NCBI RefSeq assembly: GCF_004010195.1
Contig: NC_057719.1
Location: forward strand, 35,919,041 to 35,983,040
DNA from: Chiloscyllium plagiosum
Lineage: Eukaryota
Reading direction: 5' to 3'
DNA: 64,000 bases
Within the stretch, counting starts at the first letter, position 1; every line of letters begins with the position of its first letter. Of the stretch, positions 1-13,385 are shown one piece after another. Position numbers and translations under genes: made by a program. The notes below the pieces were generated by a model. That model was not told where the DNA came from. It saw only the letters and a list, made by a program, of their open reading frames with translations, and did no database searches.

Positions 1-206
1 GGGGAGATGTTAGGGGTGGGTTCTTTACCCAGAGAGTGGTGGGGGCATGGGATGCGCTGCCCGTGGGAGTGGTAGAATCAGAATCTTTGGTGACCTTTAA
101 GCGGCAATTGGATAGGTACATGGATGGGTGCTTAAGCTAGGACAAATGTTCGGCACAACATCGTGGGCCGAAGGGCCTGTTCTGTGCTGTATTGTTCTAT
201 GTTCTA
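1..206 (+). mobile_element. CR1 LINE 3' end (ORF2 C-terminus + 3' UTR)
   Basis: FFTQRVVGAW motif, then gggccgaagggcctgtt and a (ttctatg)n tail. Confidence 0.85.
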
Positions 207-780
207 ACTGCGATGAGGAAGAATTTCTTCACTCAGAGTTGTGAACCTGTGGAATTCTGTCCCACAAGAAGCTGTTGGGGCCAGTTGATTAGATATATTC
301 AAGAGGGAGCTGAATGTTGCCTTTGTGGCTAAAGGGATCAAGGGGTATGGAGAGGAAGTGGGACTGGGATACTGAGATTACGTGATCAGTCATGATCATA
401 TTGAATGGTGGTGCAGGTTCGAAGGCCTGAATAGGGCTGAATCGGGAGGCACAGTGGCTCAGTGGTTAGCACTGATGCCTCACAGTGCCAGGGACCTTGT
501 TCGATTTTCACCGTGGGTAACTGTCTGTGTGGAGTTTGCACATTCTCCCCATGTCTGCGTGGGTTTCCTCCTACATTCCAAAGATGTGCAGATCAGGTGA
601 ATTGGCCATGCTAAATTGCCCATAGCATTAGGTGCATTAGTCAGAGGTAAATGTAGGGGAATGGGTCTGGGTGGGTTACTCTTTGGAGGGTCAATATGGA
701 CTTGTTGGGCCAAATGGCCTGTTTCGATACTGTAGGAAACCTAATCTAAAAAAATCTATTCCTGCACCTATTTTCTGTTA
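207..780 (+). mobile_element. CR1 LINE 3' end interrupted by an HE1 SINE
   Basis: ttcttcactcagag...gtggaattc motif; 3' UTR stops at ~433 and resumes at ~756 (ctattcctgcacctatttt). Confidence 0.75.
444..749 (+). mobile_element. HE1-type V-SINE
   Basis: tRNA-like head (gtggctcagtggttagc), V-domain (gtgtggagtttgcacattctcccc), CR1-like tail with aatct repeat. Confidence 0.85.
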
Positions 781-794
781 CTAGAAGGTATTGG

Positions 795-1192
795 GATCAA
801 ATTTTGTTACAGAGACTTCAGCACAAAAGCCTATGCTGACATTGCACTGCCATACTGAGGGAGTGCTACATTGTAAGAGTTACTGCCTTTGGGACATGAT
901 GTAACTGAGGCCTGCCTGCCTTACCAGGAGAATGCAAATGATCTCATGCTACTATTTTGAAGGGGAGGAGGTAACTCCAGCATCCAGGTCAACATTTTCC
1001 ATCAATCAGCATCACAAAAACGGAAGGTCACTGTCAGTTTACAGATTGAGAGAGCTTGCTGTGCTCCAACTGGTGGCTGTGTTTTCATAATTGAAATGAT
1101 GATTACATTTCAGGATACTACTTCATTTGCTGCCCTGTGGGACATTGAGAGGTCATGAAAGGTACACTATAAATGCCAATTTTTCTTTCTTT
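795..1192 (+). mobile_element. Old DeuSINE (SacSINE1/AmnSINE-like)
   Basis: Deu-domain-like blocks tactgagggagtgctacattgt and agcttgctgtgc, with 3' end gaaaggtacactataaatgc..tttctttc. Confidence 0.6.
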
Positions 1193-1399
1193 TATGCCTC
1201 CAACTGTAGACTCAAGATTAAAATTTTAAAAAAACTTTTGTATAAAATGACACAGAGGAATTCATTTTATGATTTGTTTTCAGTCACAGTTGTGAGGGGA
1301 CTAAATGCCATTAAATTAATCTTTCACTCATGATTATATTGTGACCAAAGCATTGTTCTTGATAAAATAGCTTGAAGTTGTATATTTTAGAATTCAAGA

Positions 1400-2590
1400 C
1401 ATTCAAAGACTCGGGTACACAATGAACACGTATTGCATGCTGAATCACCGCTTCTACCTCCATCCCCCTTTTTGCTGTCAAGTTAACCAAATAACATTTC
1501 TTGTTTTGATATTCTGTTGGTTGACAGACTGCCCAGAACTGGATTGTTGGCACGGCGTGGAGTTCATCTGAGGACAAGCAATGCTCCAGCGCACGTTGAA
1601 TGCCGCTGAATGTGGTATTTATTACACAGAATGAACGTGGAGTTGGGTTTAATCACTGCATTCCTGACAGCACATCGACGAAAACAATTTTAATTATAAT
1701 ATTCAGAGCACTCTACACACAATCAAACCTCTCAGAACAATGCACAAATCACAAGCTACTTAAATATACAGGATTTACTGCAGTACCGTTGTGAAATGAA
1801 TCTGTTAACCGTTCATAACCGTTAACCTATCTAGTTTTTAAAATACTACAAGAACCAGCGAACACCATAGATTAAATGTTGATGTAGTAATGAATAATTC
1901 TCAATAAACTGTAACAGACAACACTTTTAGACCAACTCTTTTTCAATAAAACGGCAATTTAACCAGTGCACCATGGTTATTTCAATGTGAACCGCGGTCT
2001 CTTTCAGGAGTCAATCCAACTGCTATGGAAATGAAATAGAAACGAGGAAAGCTTTCTTACCGGCTGCACTTTCAAACATTACTCTGAACGTGCGGGCAGG
2101 TATTTCTGCAGATACCAGCAAACTTGGCTAGTCTACACTTCAAACTTTAATTCGAAGTTTTTTACTCTAAAGGAAGTCAGCTAGTCCCTTGTGAACTTTC
2201 CCAGCGAGTTCTGGCCTGCTTTTGAAAAAAAAATCAGTTGTTGAATCGACATATGTTTCAAAAATGCAAATGACCCATAAACTCGGCACGGAACTGTGTG
2301 CTTGTAGAAAAATTGTAAAAGCTTCCAAAATGCAGGAAGTTCGTTCCTCTCTTTTGCTTTACTTTCAAAGCACAAAGACAGACGACCAGAATTAGGAAAA
2401 AGACTATTTTTATTGTCTGAAATCAGAAGTGCTTCGAATATTGCTTAACTTTTAAGCTTTATCACCAGTTCAACGTCTCTTCCAGAGAAACTGACAAGGT
2501 GAATATAAATTGATAAAACAGCTGGCGCTTGGAGCAGAGATGAATGACTTCCCCTTCATCCCAGGATTTGGGTTCATTGGGGTACGTATG
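1400..2590 (-). promoter_or_regulatory. Candidate CpG-enriched promoter with immune-type motifs
   Basis: Non-repetitive and visibly CpG-richer than the flanks. EICE GGAAATGAAA 2027-2036, ISRE-like GAAATAGAAAC 2033-2043, ETS AGGAAGT 2171-2177 and CAGGAAGT 2333-2340, octamer ATGCAAAT 2264-2271. Confidence 0.45.
2061..2079 (-). CDS. Candidate short first coding exon (MFESAA + phase-1 intron), product unknown
   Basis: ATG at 2079 with G at -3 and an upstream in-frame stop; consensus donor CCG|GTAAGA at 2061/2060; no downstream exon seen in the window. Confidence 0.3.
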
Positions 2591-2639
2591 GAATTATTGA
2601 TGTTTTCATATCTTGTCTTGTTTTTAATGTGTTGGCAGC

Positions 2640-3730
2640 ACATTCCAAATCCTAACAACTCTCTGAGAGAAAAAGTTTCTCCTCATCTCACTTCTAGCTC
2701 TCTTGCTGACAGTCTTGAAATTGTGAGCACTAGTTACTGACATACCAACTCCTGGAAACAGCATATCCTTCTTTGTCCTGTCAAAATTGTTAATAATTTT
2801 GAACACCTCAAGATGGTCACCTCTTCATCTCTGCTTCAAGAGATGAAGAGGTGACCATCTCCCTATCTCCCCAATCTTTCTTTATATCTAAAATGCCTCA
2901 TTCCTGGTATCATTCTAAAAAATTTCCTTTGCAATCTCTCCAGGACTTTAACATCTTTCCTTAAGTAAACTGCTCAGAACTGAGTGCAATACTCCAAATG
3001 ATTTGCAGAGGTGTAGCATCACTTCCTTGCTTTTATACCCTTATGTCTCTATTTATGAAGTCAAGAATTCTAGACGCCTTCTTAACAACTGTTTCAACTT
3101 GCCTGACAGCCTTCAGAGAATCATTCACATGAATTCTGAGATCCTGCTGTTCCTGTACATCCATCAAAATTGTGCCATTGAGCCTATATTGTATCTCCTC
3201 CAGGTTTTTTCTATCAAAATGCATTACCCTACATTTTCCTGTATTGAAATTCACTTGCTGTGTACCTGACTATTTAGTCAAATTGTCAATTCCTTTTGAA
3301 GTTGCTTGGCATCATCCTTACATTCACTATTCTCTCTAGTTTAGTATTATCTGCATATTTAGAGATTTTGCCCTCTACACCTATCTACAAATCATTTATA
3401 TAAATCAGTAAAAGCAAAGGTCCCAACACCGATCTCTGGGGATCACTACTTTCAACTCATCACTAATCTGAGAAATGCCCATCTATACCTACCCTCTGTT
3501 TCCTATCTTTTAGCCAATTTCTATTCCATGCTGCTCAGGGTCCATCAATCCCAAACGTTTCTAATTTGCAAACCAATCAACCATGTGACATTGTTTCAAA
3601 TGCTTTCTGCAAGTCCAAATATACAGCATACATGACTACCATCATCCACTGCCTGTGTCACCTTGTCAAAGAACTCATTCAAATTTGTCAGACATGACCT
3701 GTCCTTGACAAAGCCATGCTGACTGTCTTC
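2640..3730 (-). mobile_element. Degenerate CR1 LINE RT to 3' region
   Basis: ORFs with SQHGFVKDRSCLTNL, FNTGKCRVMHF, RNFFSQRVVRIWN. Confidence 0.85.
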
Positions 3731-3739
3731 CTTCTTTAA

Positions 3740-4650
3740 GGAAGAAACATGCACACTGTATAAATGGGAACATATGGATGTATTGTCCATGGATTTCCAG
3801 AGGGCATTTGATAAAAATGGTAGAACAAAGGTTATATTGAAAAGTAAAAGCTCACGGTGTAGAAGATAACATGGATAGAAGATTGGCGAGCTAACAGAAA
3901 ACACAGAGCATATTCTGATTGGTAAGGTGTAACGAGTGTTGGTTGTTAGGGTTTCAACTGTTTACAATCTAGAGATATCAATGACTTTGAAGGGACCAAA
4001 TATGTAGTGGAAAAATTGCTGATGACACAAAGGTACATGAGCAAGTAAATTACGAAGAGGACATAAGGAAGCTACATATGTTAAGTGAGTGGACAAAGAC
4101 TTAACAAATAGAGTGTAATTTGGGAACGTGTGAGATTTTCTATTTTGGCAGGAGTAATAAAAAAACACTTTGCCTAAATAGTGAGAGATTGCAGAGCTCT
4201 GAGATACAGAGGCATCTGTGCACCTTGGAGCATGAGTTGCAAAATGCTAGCATACAGGTACAGCAGGTAATTAGGAAGCTAATACAAAGTTATTATTTAT
4301 TGCAAGGAGATTAATACAAAAGTAGGGAGATTATGCTTCAGTTATACAGGACATTGGCACGCTCACATTCAGCAAACTGTGTACAATGCTAGCCTCCTTA
4401 TTTAAGCAAGGATATAAATACATTGGAAGCAGTTCAAAGACGGGTCGCTGAACTAATACCTAGAATGAGTGGATTGTTTTGTTAAGAAAGGTTACAAAGG
4501 TTAGCCTTGTATTTCCAGGGGTTTAGAAGACTAAGAAATGATTTGATTAAAACATAAAAGATCCAGAGGGGTCGTTATAGAGGGCATGTACAAAGGGTTC
4601 TTATTTTTGTGGGAGAATCTAGAATTAGGGGTCACTGCTTAAAAAGAATG
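3740..4650 (+). mobile_element. Degenerate CR1 LINE RT fragment
   Basis: atggatttccagagggcatttgataa (MDFQRAFD), ADDT-like gctgatgacaca, CEIFYFGRSN. Confidence 0.8.
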
Positions 4651-5282
4651 AATGCAGTAGCTTTTTTTTAAACAAAGTGAACTGAACATTTTTGGGAGGA
4701 TCATATATGTTTTTGTTATGGTAAAACATAACTTTTAAAAATAAGTTTATGTGACAATCTAGGACACATTTACATCAGGTGTAACTAAAATTTTTATTAA
4801 ACAAAACAATAACATCTGGTGGTTTCAATTATCAGGCAGGCCTGTTGGTTGTTATGTTCACGTACTCCACCAAACTGAATACAAGCAACTAAGTGGCCTA
4901 TTTGTATATGATAATACCCGAATAATCCATTGGATGGACCTAGTCTTTGGCAATTCTGACTGAGAATACCATCCCAGATAATTCTCACAATTCTGGATAT
5001 TTGTTTTTGGTGTCAGCGCTCCCTCCTCCTTCCCCATCATGATCCATTGTATAGATTGTACAAGCCCCTAAACCACCCCCACCCCCACCACCACTTTGTA
5101 CGTCTAATGTTTAGTGTACAGCTGACCTTGCAGGGAGCCTTTCACCGCTTCGCACTGCATTATTCTCCAAGAGAATATTATCAAGATGCACAAACAATAA
5201 TCCTGCTGGATAAATCCTGTCCTACTTTCATCATTAATGGACTTTCACTATTTAATGGAAACTAAATAAACAAGGGTAGACC

Positions 5283-6640
5283 CATAGAAATTTAGAACAT
5301 GGAAACAAGCCTTTCAGTCTAACTTGTCCATGTCACCCAGTTTTCACAATTAACCTAGTCCTCCATGATTATCCCACCCATCCATCCATGTACCTGTCCA
5401 AATGTTTCTTAAATGTCAAAATTGTGCTATCTCTGGCAGCCCGTTCCAGGCATTCGTCATGCAGCATGTGGAGAAAATTGTCCATCTGGACCCTTTTATA
5501 TCTCTTCCCCTCTCACTTAAACAATGCTGTCTAGTTTTAGACTCCCCTACCATGGAGAAAAGCTGTTGGCTATCTACTTTGTCGATGCCTCTCATGATTT
5601 TATAAACCCTTATAAGGTCACCCCGCAGTCTCCTAATAAGCAGGGTAAAAGTCTCAGCTTATCCAGCCCCTCCTTATAACTCAAGCCTTCCAGTCCAGGT
5701 AGCATCCTAGTAAATCTTTTCTGTACTCTTTTTTTAGTTTCATAATATCCTTTCTATAGTAGGGAAACCAGAACTGCATGCAGTACTCCAAATGTGGCCT
5801 CATTAATGTCTAGTACAACTGCAACAGGTTGTCCCAACTCTTATACTCAAAGCTCTGACCGATGAAAGCAAGTATGCCAAAAGCTTTCTTCTTCACCCTG
5901 ACTACCTGTGACTCCAATTTCAAGGAGCTATGAACCTGTACCCCTAGATCTCTTTGTTTTATAACACTCCCCAGGGCCCTACCATTGACTGTGTGAGTCA
6001 TGCCCTGGTTTGCTTTATCAAAATGCAACACTTTGCATTTCTCTAAATTAAACTCTCTCTGCCATTCCTCAATCCACTGGCCCAGTTGATCAAGATCTTT
6101 TCATATTCCCAGATAACCACCTTCACTATCCACTGTACCACTAATCTTGGTGTCATTCACAAGAGTAGTAACCATACCTCCTAAATTCTCATCCAAAGCA
6201 TTTATATAAATTACAAATAATAGTGGGCCCAGCACTGATCTCTGTGGCATGCTACTGGTCACATGCGTCCAATTTGAAAAACAACCCTCTCGCACCTCCC
6301 TCTGTCTTCTACCTTCAAGCCAATTTTGCATCCATTTGGCTAGCTCTCCCTGGATCCCACAAGGTTTAATCTTACTCAGCAACTGACTATGCAATATCTT
6401 GTCAAAGGCCTTGCTAAAGTCCATGGAGACAACATCTACCGTTTTGCCTTCATCTACTTTCTTGATCACCCCTTCCAAAAACTGAAACACATTCACAACT
6501 TCCCATGCATGAAGCCATTTTGATTATCACAAATGAGTCCTTGCCTCTCCAAATTCCTGTAGATCCTGTCTCTCAGAATCCCCTCTAACAACGTATCCCC
6601 AAAAGTGTTAGACTCAGCAGTCTGTTGTTCCCAGGCAATA
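5283..6640 (-). mobile_element. CR1 LINE RT fragment with 3' UTR
   Basis: ORF 6101-6496 has MDFSKAFDK and SVLGPLLFVIYIN; ORF 5810-6031 has RDLGVQVH. Confidence 0.92.
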
Positions 6641-6859
6641 GCAAGTTAAGAAAAAACTACAGTAAAATGGTGATGTGGAATACTTGTAATTTCTTGTTAT
6701 GTAGAGTATTGAGATAGTCAAAGATGCCCCTGTATCCTGATTTACTTGCAAACAGGTCTATGTACAAAAAGAAAGCAAATAAAGTAATGTGATAAATATA
6801 TGAATGAGTGTTTATTTTTAAATTCAGTCACGCCTTAAAATGGCCTTATCTTGTATCAT

Positions 6860-7250
6860 AAAAGGCATTTATGTGGATTAACTCCAATATCTTTAGCTGC
6901 TGAGCATTCTTTCCTCCAGTCAGTCTATCAAGTTGTCAATGCAGTTAAATACCTTTACTCTGTTTTTAGACTGCAATGTGAAATCCTGGAGGATCTCTAT
7001 AGCCCTTGCAGTTTCAGCCATGGAAAAATGTGGGTGAACAGGCAGGCATTTGGGGTCATGAGGGTGATAATCTTCCTTTGCTTCCATTAATACATTTTGT
7101 GCCCACTTTCCTGATCCATGCCTGAAACATGCTGGAGTTTTTTTTTTGTTCGGCTCATACTGTGTGTGGGTAGCATCTTGCAAAGCAACGTGGCTTCTTG
7201 GACTTTTCTATTACAAGAGATAGCAGGTTTTTGGACATTCATATTAGTGC
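6860..7250 (-). mobile_element. Possible Tigger/pogo transposase C-terminal relic
   Basis: ORF 6920-7183 (PVHPHFSMAETARAIEILQDF) loosely resembles pogo/CENP-B C-termini; no catalytic motif seen. Confidence 0.2.
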
Positions 7251-8384
7251 TGGCCACAGCAGTGACATGTTTTTTGACTGAGGTTCTGCTTTACACATTT
7301 CATTTTTAAATGTTAGAGAACAATCTGGTAAAAGATGAGAAACAGTCCAGTCTCATTCATGTTAAAAATATCTCTAGGTGCATTCTCGTTCAGGACGATT
7401 GAAATCTTCTTGCAGCAGTTGTTACAGGTTTGACTGTCATTTTAGGTCCTAGTGTTACCTAATGCTACTCCCATTGGTTGGCTTGGTTATAAAACAGCCG
7501 CCCCTGAATTCAGTTAATCTGGAATTACCAGTCTGAATCTTTAGTTTACCACAGGCATCAGTCTATTTCCTATTCTGACGGTGGCAATGGCTGGCACCTT
7601 TGTCACAATTAGATTTTCAGGTGAACTGAATTCAACTCTGTGATGTCACTATTTTTACAGGTACAGTTACCAGTTGGTAAGTGACAGGAAATGCATTATG
7701 AAAATCCATATATCTCAAATGATATGAGCTCAATACTACAGCCCATGATATAAAACAACGCAGTTTTGGCATATGCCATATAGTTGATTAAATCCCATTT
7801 TATGTTGCTGTCCTGATTGAGTGTGAGTTTCCACACATGTGAATGTATTGGATGTATGTGAATGTGATGATAACTGTGTATAGTGAATATGATGATAATG
7901 TAACATGGAAGTGTACTGCTTATAAACTGACCTGCATGTTTTAATCTCTTAGTGATGTTACCTTTGACATTCAGCCCAGTTAAATATAGCTTGATAGTTG
8001 TGCTTTGACACTTTTTTCAAAGTGCTTGTTTTCTTTACAAAATTCCAGTACTCTTTTCCTTCTGCTTTTGTCTTCTTTCACTTTTAATTCTTAGTTCAGA
8101 TAATAATGAAATTTTGTAATAATTGTTTGTGAAATAAGAGCTACTTGATGTGAAACATAGTAGAAACAAGACAGTAAACTGCCTTTTCAACCAACATGCA
8201 AGATAAATTCTGTTGTGCATTTTGGTACAGTTTCAGGGTCATAATGATATGTGAAGTTGCTTTGGAAAATCTATTGATCAAACAATGGTCTACAGTGGGA
8301 AAACAAAACTTCCTTTTTTTTGTACAAGGCAATGTTCTGTTTCAGAGAATCATTTACAGATAAAGCATTCATTTTTGGAGCAGA

Positions 8385-8510
8385 TTATAGCAGATGCTCA
8401 ATGTCTGCAATAACAAAATATGCAGGAAAATGCAGCACATCTAGCAGTATCTGGAGAGAGCATAAAACACAGTTAATCATTCAGGTCAATTCTGATTAAA
8501 GCTTTTGATA
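8385..8510 (-). mobile_element. Old PLE pseudo-LTR remnant
   Basis: gcagatgct...gcagtatctggagagag..acagttaat resembles the younger copies at 54.8 and 62.3 kb. Confidence 0.45.
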
Positions 8511-8526
8511 AGCCTATTTAGCAAAA

Positions 8527-9305
8527 ATAGATCATACAGCATGAAAGCAGATCCTTCTGTCCAACTGGTCCACTCTGACCATGTTCCCAAACAAAACTAG
8601 TCTTACCTGACTGCACTTGACCCACATCCCTCCAAATCTTTCTTATTCATGAATTTATCCAAATGTTTTTTTAAATGTTGTAACTGTACCTGCATCCTCC
8701 ACTTTCTCTGGCAGTTCTTTCCACACACAAACCGCTGTCTGTGTTTTAAAAAAAATTACCCTTTGTGTCCTTTATAATTCTTTCTTCTCTCCACTTAAAA
8801 ATATGCCCCCTAGGTTTGAACTCCCCCACACAGGGGAAAAGACCCTTGTCATTCCCCTTATCTTTGTCCCTCAAGATTTTATAAACCTCAATAAGGATAT
8901 CCCCCAACCTCCTTCACTCCAGTGAAATAAGTCCCAGACTTTACAGTCTATCTTTATATCTCAACCCCTCCATTCCTGGCAACATCCTGGTAAATATTTT
9001 CTGACCCCTCTCCAGTTTAATAATATCCTTCCTATAACAGGGCAACCAGAACTGCACACACAACTCCAGAAGAAGCCTCACCAATATCCTATACAATCTC
9101 AACATGATGTTCCAACTCCAATGCTCAAAGATCTGAGCAATGAAGGCAAGCATGCTAAATGCCTTCTTAACCACCCTCTCTACCTATGGCACAAATTTCA
9201 AAGAATTATGTACCTAGATCCCTCCGTTGTACAACACTACCCAGGCCCGACCATTAATTGTACAAGTCTTATCCTTGTTTGTATTACCAAAATGCAATAT
9301 CTCAC
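8527..9305 (-). mobile_element. CR1 LINE 3' fragment
   Basis: ORF 8941-9174 LYRILVRLLLELCVQFWLPCYRKDIIKLE. Confidence 0.9.
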
Positions 9306-10299
9306 ATCAATCTCAGTCTTAAACATTTCAAATGATCCAGCATCCACAACAGGAAAAATCATTCCTATGTCTCCACCAGTTGAGTGAATAAATGGATCCA
9401 GATTTAATGCTATTGTTCTCCATTTAAGGTTGTGTACTGTCTTGTTTCAGATTGCCACACTTGAAGAAATCATTTCTCTGTATTCACCCATTTGAATTCC
9501 CTTATCACTTTAAACATTTAGTTAGGGCATCTTTTAATCTTCTAAACTTCAGGGAATAAATCTCAGGTTTATGTATTCTGTACTTAAACTTGAACCCTTT
9601 AAGCCCTGGTGCCATTCTAATGAATCTGCTCCCTCTTAAAATTGATATTTTCTTCTTGACATTTTGTTTCCCACACTTAGCTCATAACTCCAGGTGACAT
9701 TACACCATGGCAGTATGTAAAAATGAAGCTGTCCCTTAATGTCTGAATCTTTAGGCTTATTTTTAATTGTTTTCTCTGATGCATTCACTTCTATCAATTT
9801 TTGCACCCAAATCCCATTGCTGTTCCATAATTCGTATCCCCTGCATTTCAAAAATAAGTGATGTTGTCATGCTTGGATCCAAAGATCATTCACACCTCCT
9901 CATACTGTTCCTTATTTGCCAATTTGGTTGTTCATTTTACTTTGTCATTGATCACTTATAACTTGCTACCTACCCTATTGCACCTTCTAACTTGGTATCA
10001 TCTGCACATTTGGCTATATAACATCCCATTCCTTTATGTAGTTATTATTAAATACATAGTTGAAATCTACCACTCAACCAAAACATTAGAGTGCATTCTC
10101 TGTATAATGACCAACTCCTATTATGAGGGTTTGGAGAGTTTTGAAGAGTTAGTATCTTTGAAGTACTTGGAAATAGAGAGGCAAAAACAAGAAGTTGATT
10201 GTTTCACTGAAGTGACAAAGGGATCAAGCTGTAGCGAATCAGTCATCGCACTGCTACTGGACTGAAAGTTAGAAGCACTCGGTATGTGATATGAAGTGA

Positions 10300-10613
10300 T
10301 GTGAACCAGCAATTGTCATCCATCTCTAAACTGCCTTTGAACTCTGTGACTTGTTAGGCCACTGAAGGAAACCAATAAGGGTCAAGCATATGCTGTGAGT
10401 CTAGAGGCTTATCCAAATTAGGACAGGTTTCCTTCCAGGAAGGACATGAGTTTTATAATGAGCAATGTTAGTTGTCATCATTACTCTTACTTGCATTAAA
10501 ATTCAATGAATAAATTTGGAATATAATCAGCTGCCACAGCAGGATTTGAACCCCCATCCACATACATTCTGAATTTCTAGTCCAGTTATATGACCATCCC
10601 GTCACTGGCTCCC
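10300..10613 (-). mobile_element. Old tRNA-headed SINE/L2-associated repeat
   Basis: Minus-strand B-box (ggatttgaacc) and ctagtccag head; similar to 11775-12080. Confidence 0.5.
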
Positions 10614-11397
10614 TCATGAAAAATACAAAACTGAAAGGGTTGGACAACAGGCAACATGAAGGAGTGGGAGTTGGCAGAATACTGCAGCACCTTTAGCTTA
10701 ATGTTAAACTCCTAGGTTGGACTGTCAAATACTATAGAAATAATTGGAAGGAAAATAGGTATCATTATGATGTAACTGTGGTCAGGAGACATGTAGTGAT
10801 AACTAATTTGTAATTTACATACCATGTCAAAAGCTTAATGCTATACAACACAAAAATAGATGCTTGAATTATTCAAGAATAGAGGTAATTAATATAAGTA
10901 ACAAAGTTCTTCTTCTAAAAGGAATTGTGGATTTGTGCTCATTTCCAACTTCTTCTGACCCAAACTGGAATGAATTCGGTCATTGTCCTACCCCTAGCAA
11001 TTCAGACCACAGAGTTACCTGTAATGTGCACTTTCAATCATAGTTGTTTTTCTATGACCACTTATTTGCAGGTCGGTAAAGTGGAGTGTCTGCTTTTAAT
11101 TTACTTCAAGACAACAAAACCATGTATGGGCAATGTGAAGGCAATTTGAAGAGACACTCTCAAAAGAATGGAATTTCAAGTGTCAAACATTTTCTGGGAA
11201 AGGCAAGATGAGGTCAAAAATAGCTCACATTTCATCAGGATGGTATCAGGCCTTAAAGGGTTATAGTGTACGTACCAAATGCACAAACCTAAGCGGTAAC
11301 TTAAAAATGAGCACACAAGCATATTACATTCACTGAAACCATATGTAATCAAATGCTGTGAAAGGTGAAAGGTAAAGTGAAACAAATGATGAAACCT

Positions 11398-11632
11398 GTA
11401 GGGGAGTTTGAATTTCCTCTCCAAGTTTGTTTGGGTTTCCCCTGGGTTTTCCTGATTTTCTCCCATAATCCAAAGGTATGCAGGTTCGGTGGATTGGCCA
11501 TGGGAAATTTTAGGGTTATGAGGATGGGGTAGGGAGGTGAGTCTGGGTGGGATGCGCTTCAGAGAGTTGGTGTGGATTCAATGGCCAAATGATTGCTTCC
11601 ACATGCTAGGGATTTTATGATACTATGATTCA
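11398..11632 (+). mobile_element. HE1-type SINE, 5'-truncated
   Basis: ggagtttgaatttcctctcc...ggattggccatg...tatgattc tail. Confidence 0.7.
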
Positions 11633-11774
11633 GACTTGTGTTATTTAAAAGGTAGAGAAGTAATGTTAAATGACCATGCAAACACATTACATTTACTGAA
11701 GTCAAATGCTGTGCACAATCAGAGTTGCTTCTTTTGCACATCACTTTTTATACCTTGCTGTTTTGTTTTTTTCA

Positions 11775-12080
11775 ATTCAGTCACAGGATGTGGGTGTCAT
11801 TGGCTGAGTCTGTATTTAATACCTGTCCCCAATTGTTAAAAGTCAACCACATTACTATAGTTCTGGAGTCACATGTAGGCTGCTTCCTTCCTTGAAGGAC
11901 ATTACTGAGCCAGATGGTTTTTCCCCCAGTAATCAACAATGGTTCACAGTCATCATTAGGCTGTTAATTCCAGATTTTTAAAAATTTAATTTCACCACCT
12001 GCCATCACAGGTTTTAAACCAGGATCCTCAGAATATTACCAGCATCTCCGGATTAATACCATTAGGCCATCACTTACTCA
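11775..12080 (-). mobile_element. Old tRNA-headed SINE/L2-associated repeat
   Basis: gtcaaccacatt..ctggagtcacatgtaggc..ttccttccttgaaggacatt blocks shared with 10300-10613. Confidence 0.55.
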
Positions 12081-12784
12081 AACCCTTGTTCCTTTTAAAG
12101 GCTGATAGTATCTCTTGGAATTCTGGCAAAATGATATCCCACAGTCTGTCTGATACAGATCAAAATTTAAGATGCTGCTGTCCCAAAACTATTGTGTAAT
12201 ACTTCCATATTTGGTAACAGACCATCTATTGACTTTGATTTGAGGTAGTTGACTTTTAACTATCTGAGCCATTAGATTGCTTGATTTGTATTGTCACATT
12301 GTGGTGACCTGGGAGTTATTCACCCCTCCAGGGAAACTACGGCGGGGGGGTTTCAAAACATTGTCCATTTGTTCCTGACCTACATGCATTATAATTCCAA
12401 TACCACCTCAATTTTCAATGTGACTTTGGCGAACCATTTTGTAGGATTCTGTAATTATTTTAAAGAGAGATTAACCTTCATATTGGACCAGATATTCCGA
12501 GGACTGACAGTGATGTGCATATTGCCATTCTGGACTTTTTTTTTTCATAATAAAAAAAGGCAACTTCACATTTCTGAAATGTGATTCTGCTCAGAGCTCC
12601 CTCTGAAATGTGAGGACATACATCTCTTCTGACATTTCTTTCAGAGTTCAGAACTCTGACAAGAAGACAAATCACATTCCCTTTTCACAGCAATTGGCTG
12701 TTGTATTATGAAATTTAAAATTCTAGACAGCCACTTAGACAGTGTCTGTCAAATTGTAATTACCCAAGTTACGTACGATATTAT

Positions 12785-13385
12785 GGTGGGAGGGAAAGGT
12801 GATAGATGGATAGGGTAGATAGGATGCCAGTTGAGGAGTGGGTAGGATGCCAGGCATTGTATGCCATCTAGGTAGGGTACTGGCTATGTATAGAGTATGG
12901 TGCCAGATGTAGGTTGCCTGATGGGAGCGGTTAAGGTTTCAGTGTGCTAACTAAGTAGGGTGCCAGTTTGGTAGGGGACAGGTGCGAAATGGATAGGGTG
13001 CAAGGTAGCAAGAAAAGTGATATAGTACTGAGGAATAGTTTGGCATTAGTGTGAGAAAGTGGGTCTAGCAGGGGAGGTGGGTGTTGGGTCAGGTCTGGTG
13101 GTAGAGCTGTCAGGTTGGGTTGGTTCGGGATTGTGGGAGGAAGAGGGCCTGATCCAGGGGTAAGATGGGGTCGGGGATGAGGATGGGGTGATGATTTGGG
13201 AAGGACGAAGGAGGTGGGGGAGCATATTTGGAGGTTGTGTCAAATATGACTGGGGAGGAAGGAGTTCAGATGCAGGGGTAAGGATTTGTTGGGTGTGCAT
13301 GGGGGAAGGGGTGTTGGGTAAGGGTCTAGGATCTGTTAGAGGTAAGGGTAGATATAGTTGAGGGTAAGTGAGGTAAAGTATGAGG
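12785..13385. repeat. G-rich low-complexity tract, probably inside an old DNA-type repeat
   Basis: Degenerate gggtagg/ggggt units; explains the Pro/Ser/Thr-rich ORF 13046-13300. Confidence 0.6.

Noticed and set aside
444..530. tRNA genes at SINE heads
   Set aside because: A/B-box heads run straight into V-domain SINE bodies; no full cloverleaf
1311..1577. 88-aa minus-strand ORF as the next exon
   Set aside because: No recognisable domain and no convincing splice sites
2061..2271. Immunoglobulin V-gene promoter and leader (octamer present)
   Set aside because: The exon is only 19 coding nt and not a signal peptide; no V exon or RSS found downstream
13046..13300. Pro/Ser/Thr-rich ORF
   Set aside because: Product of a G-rich low-complexity tract
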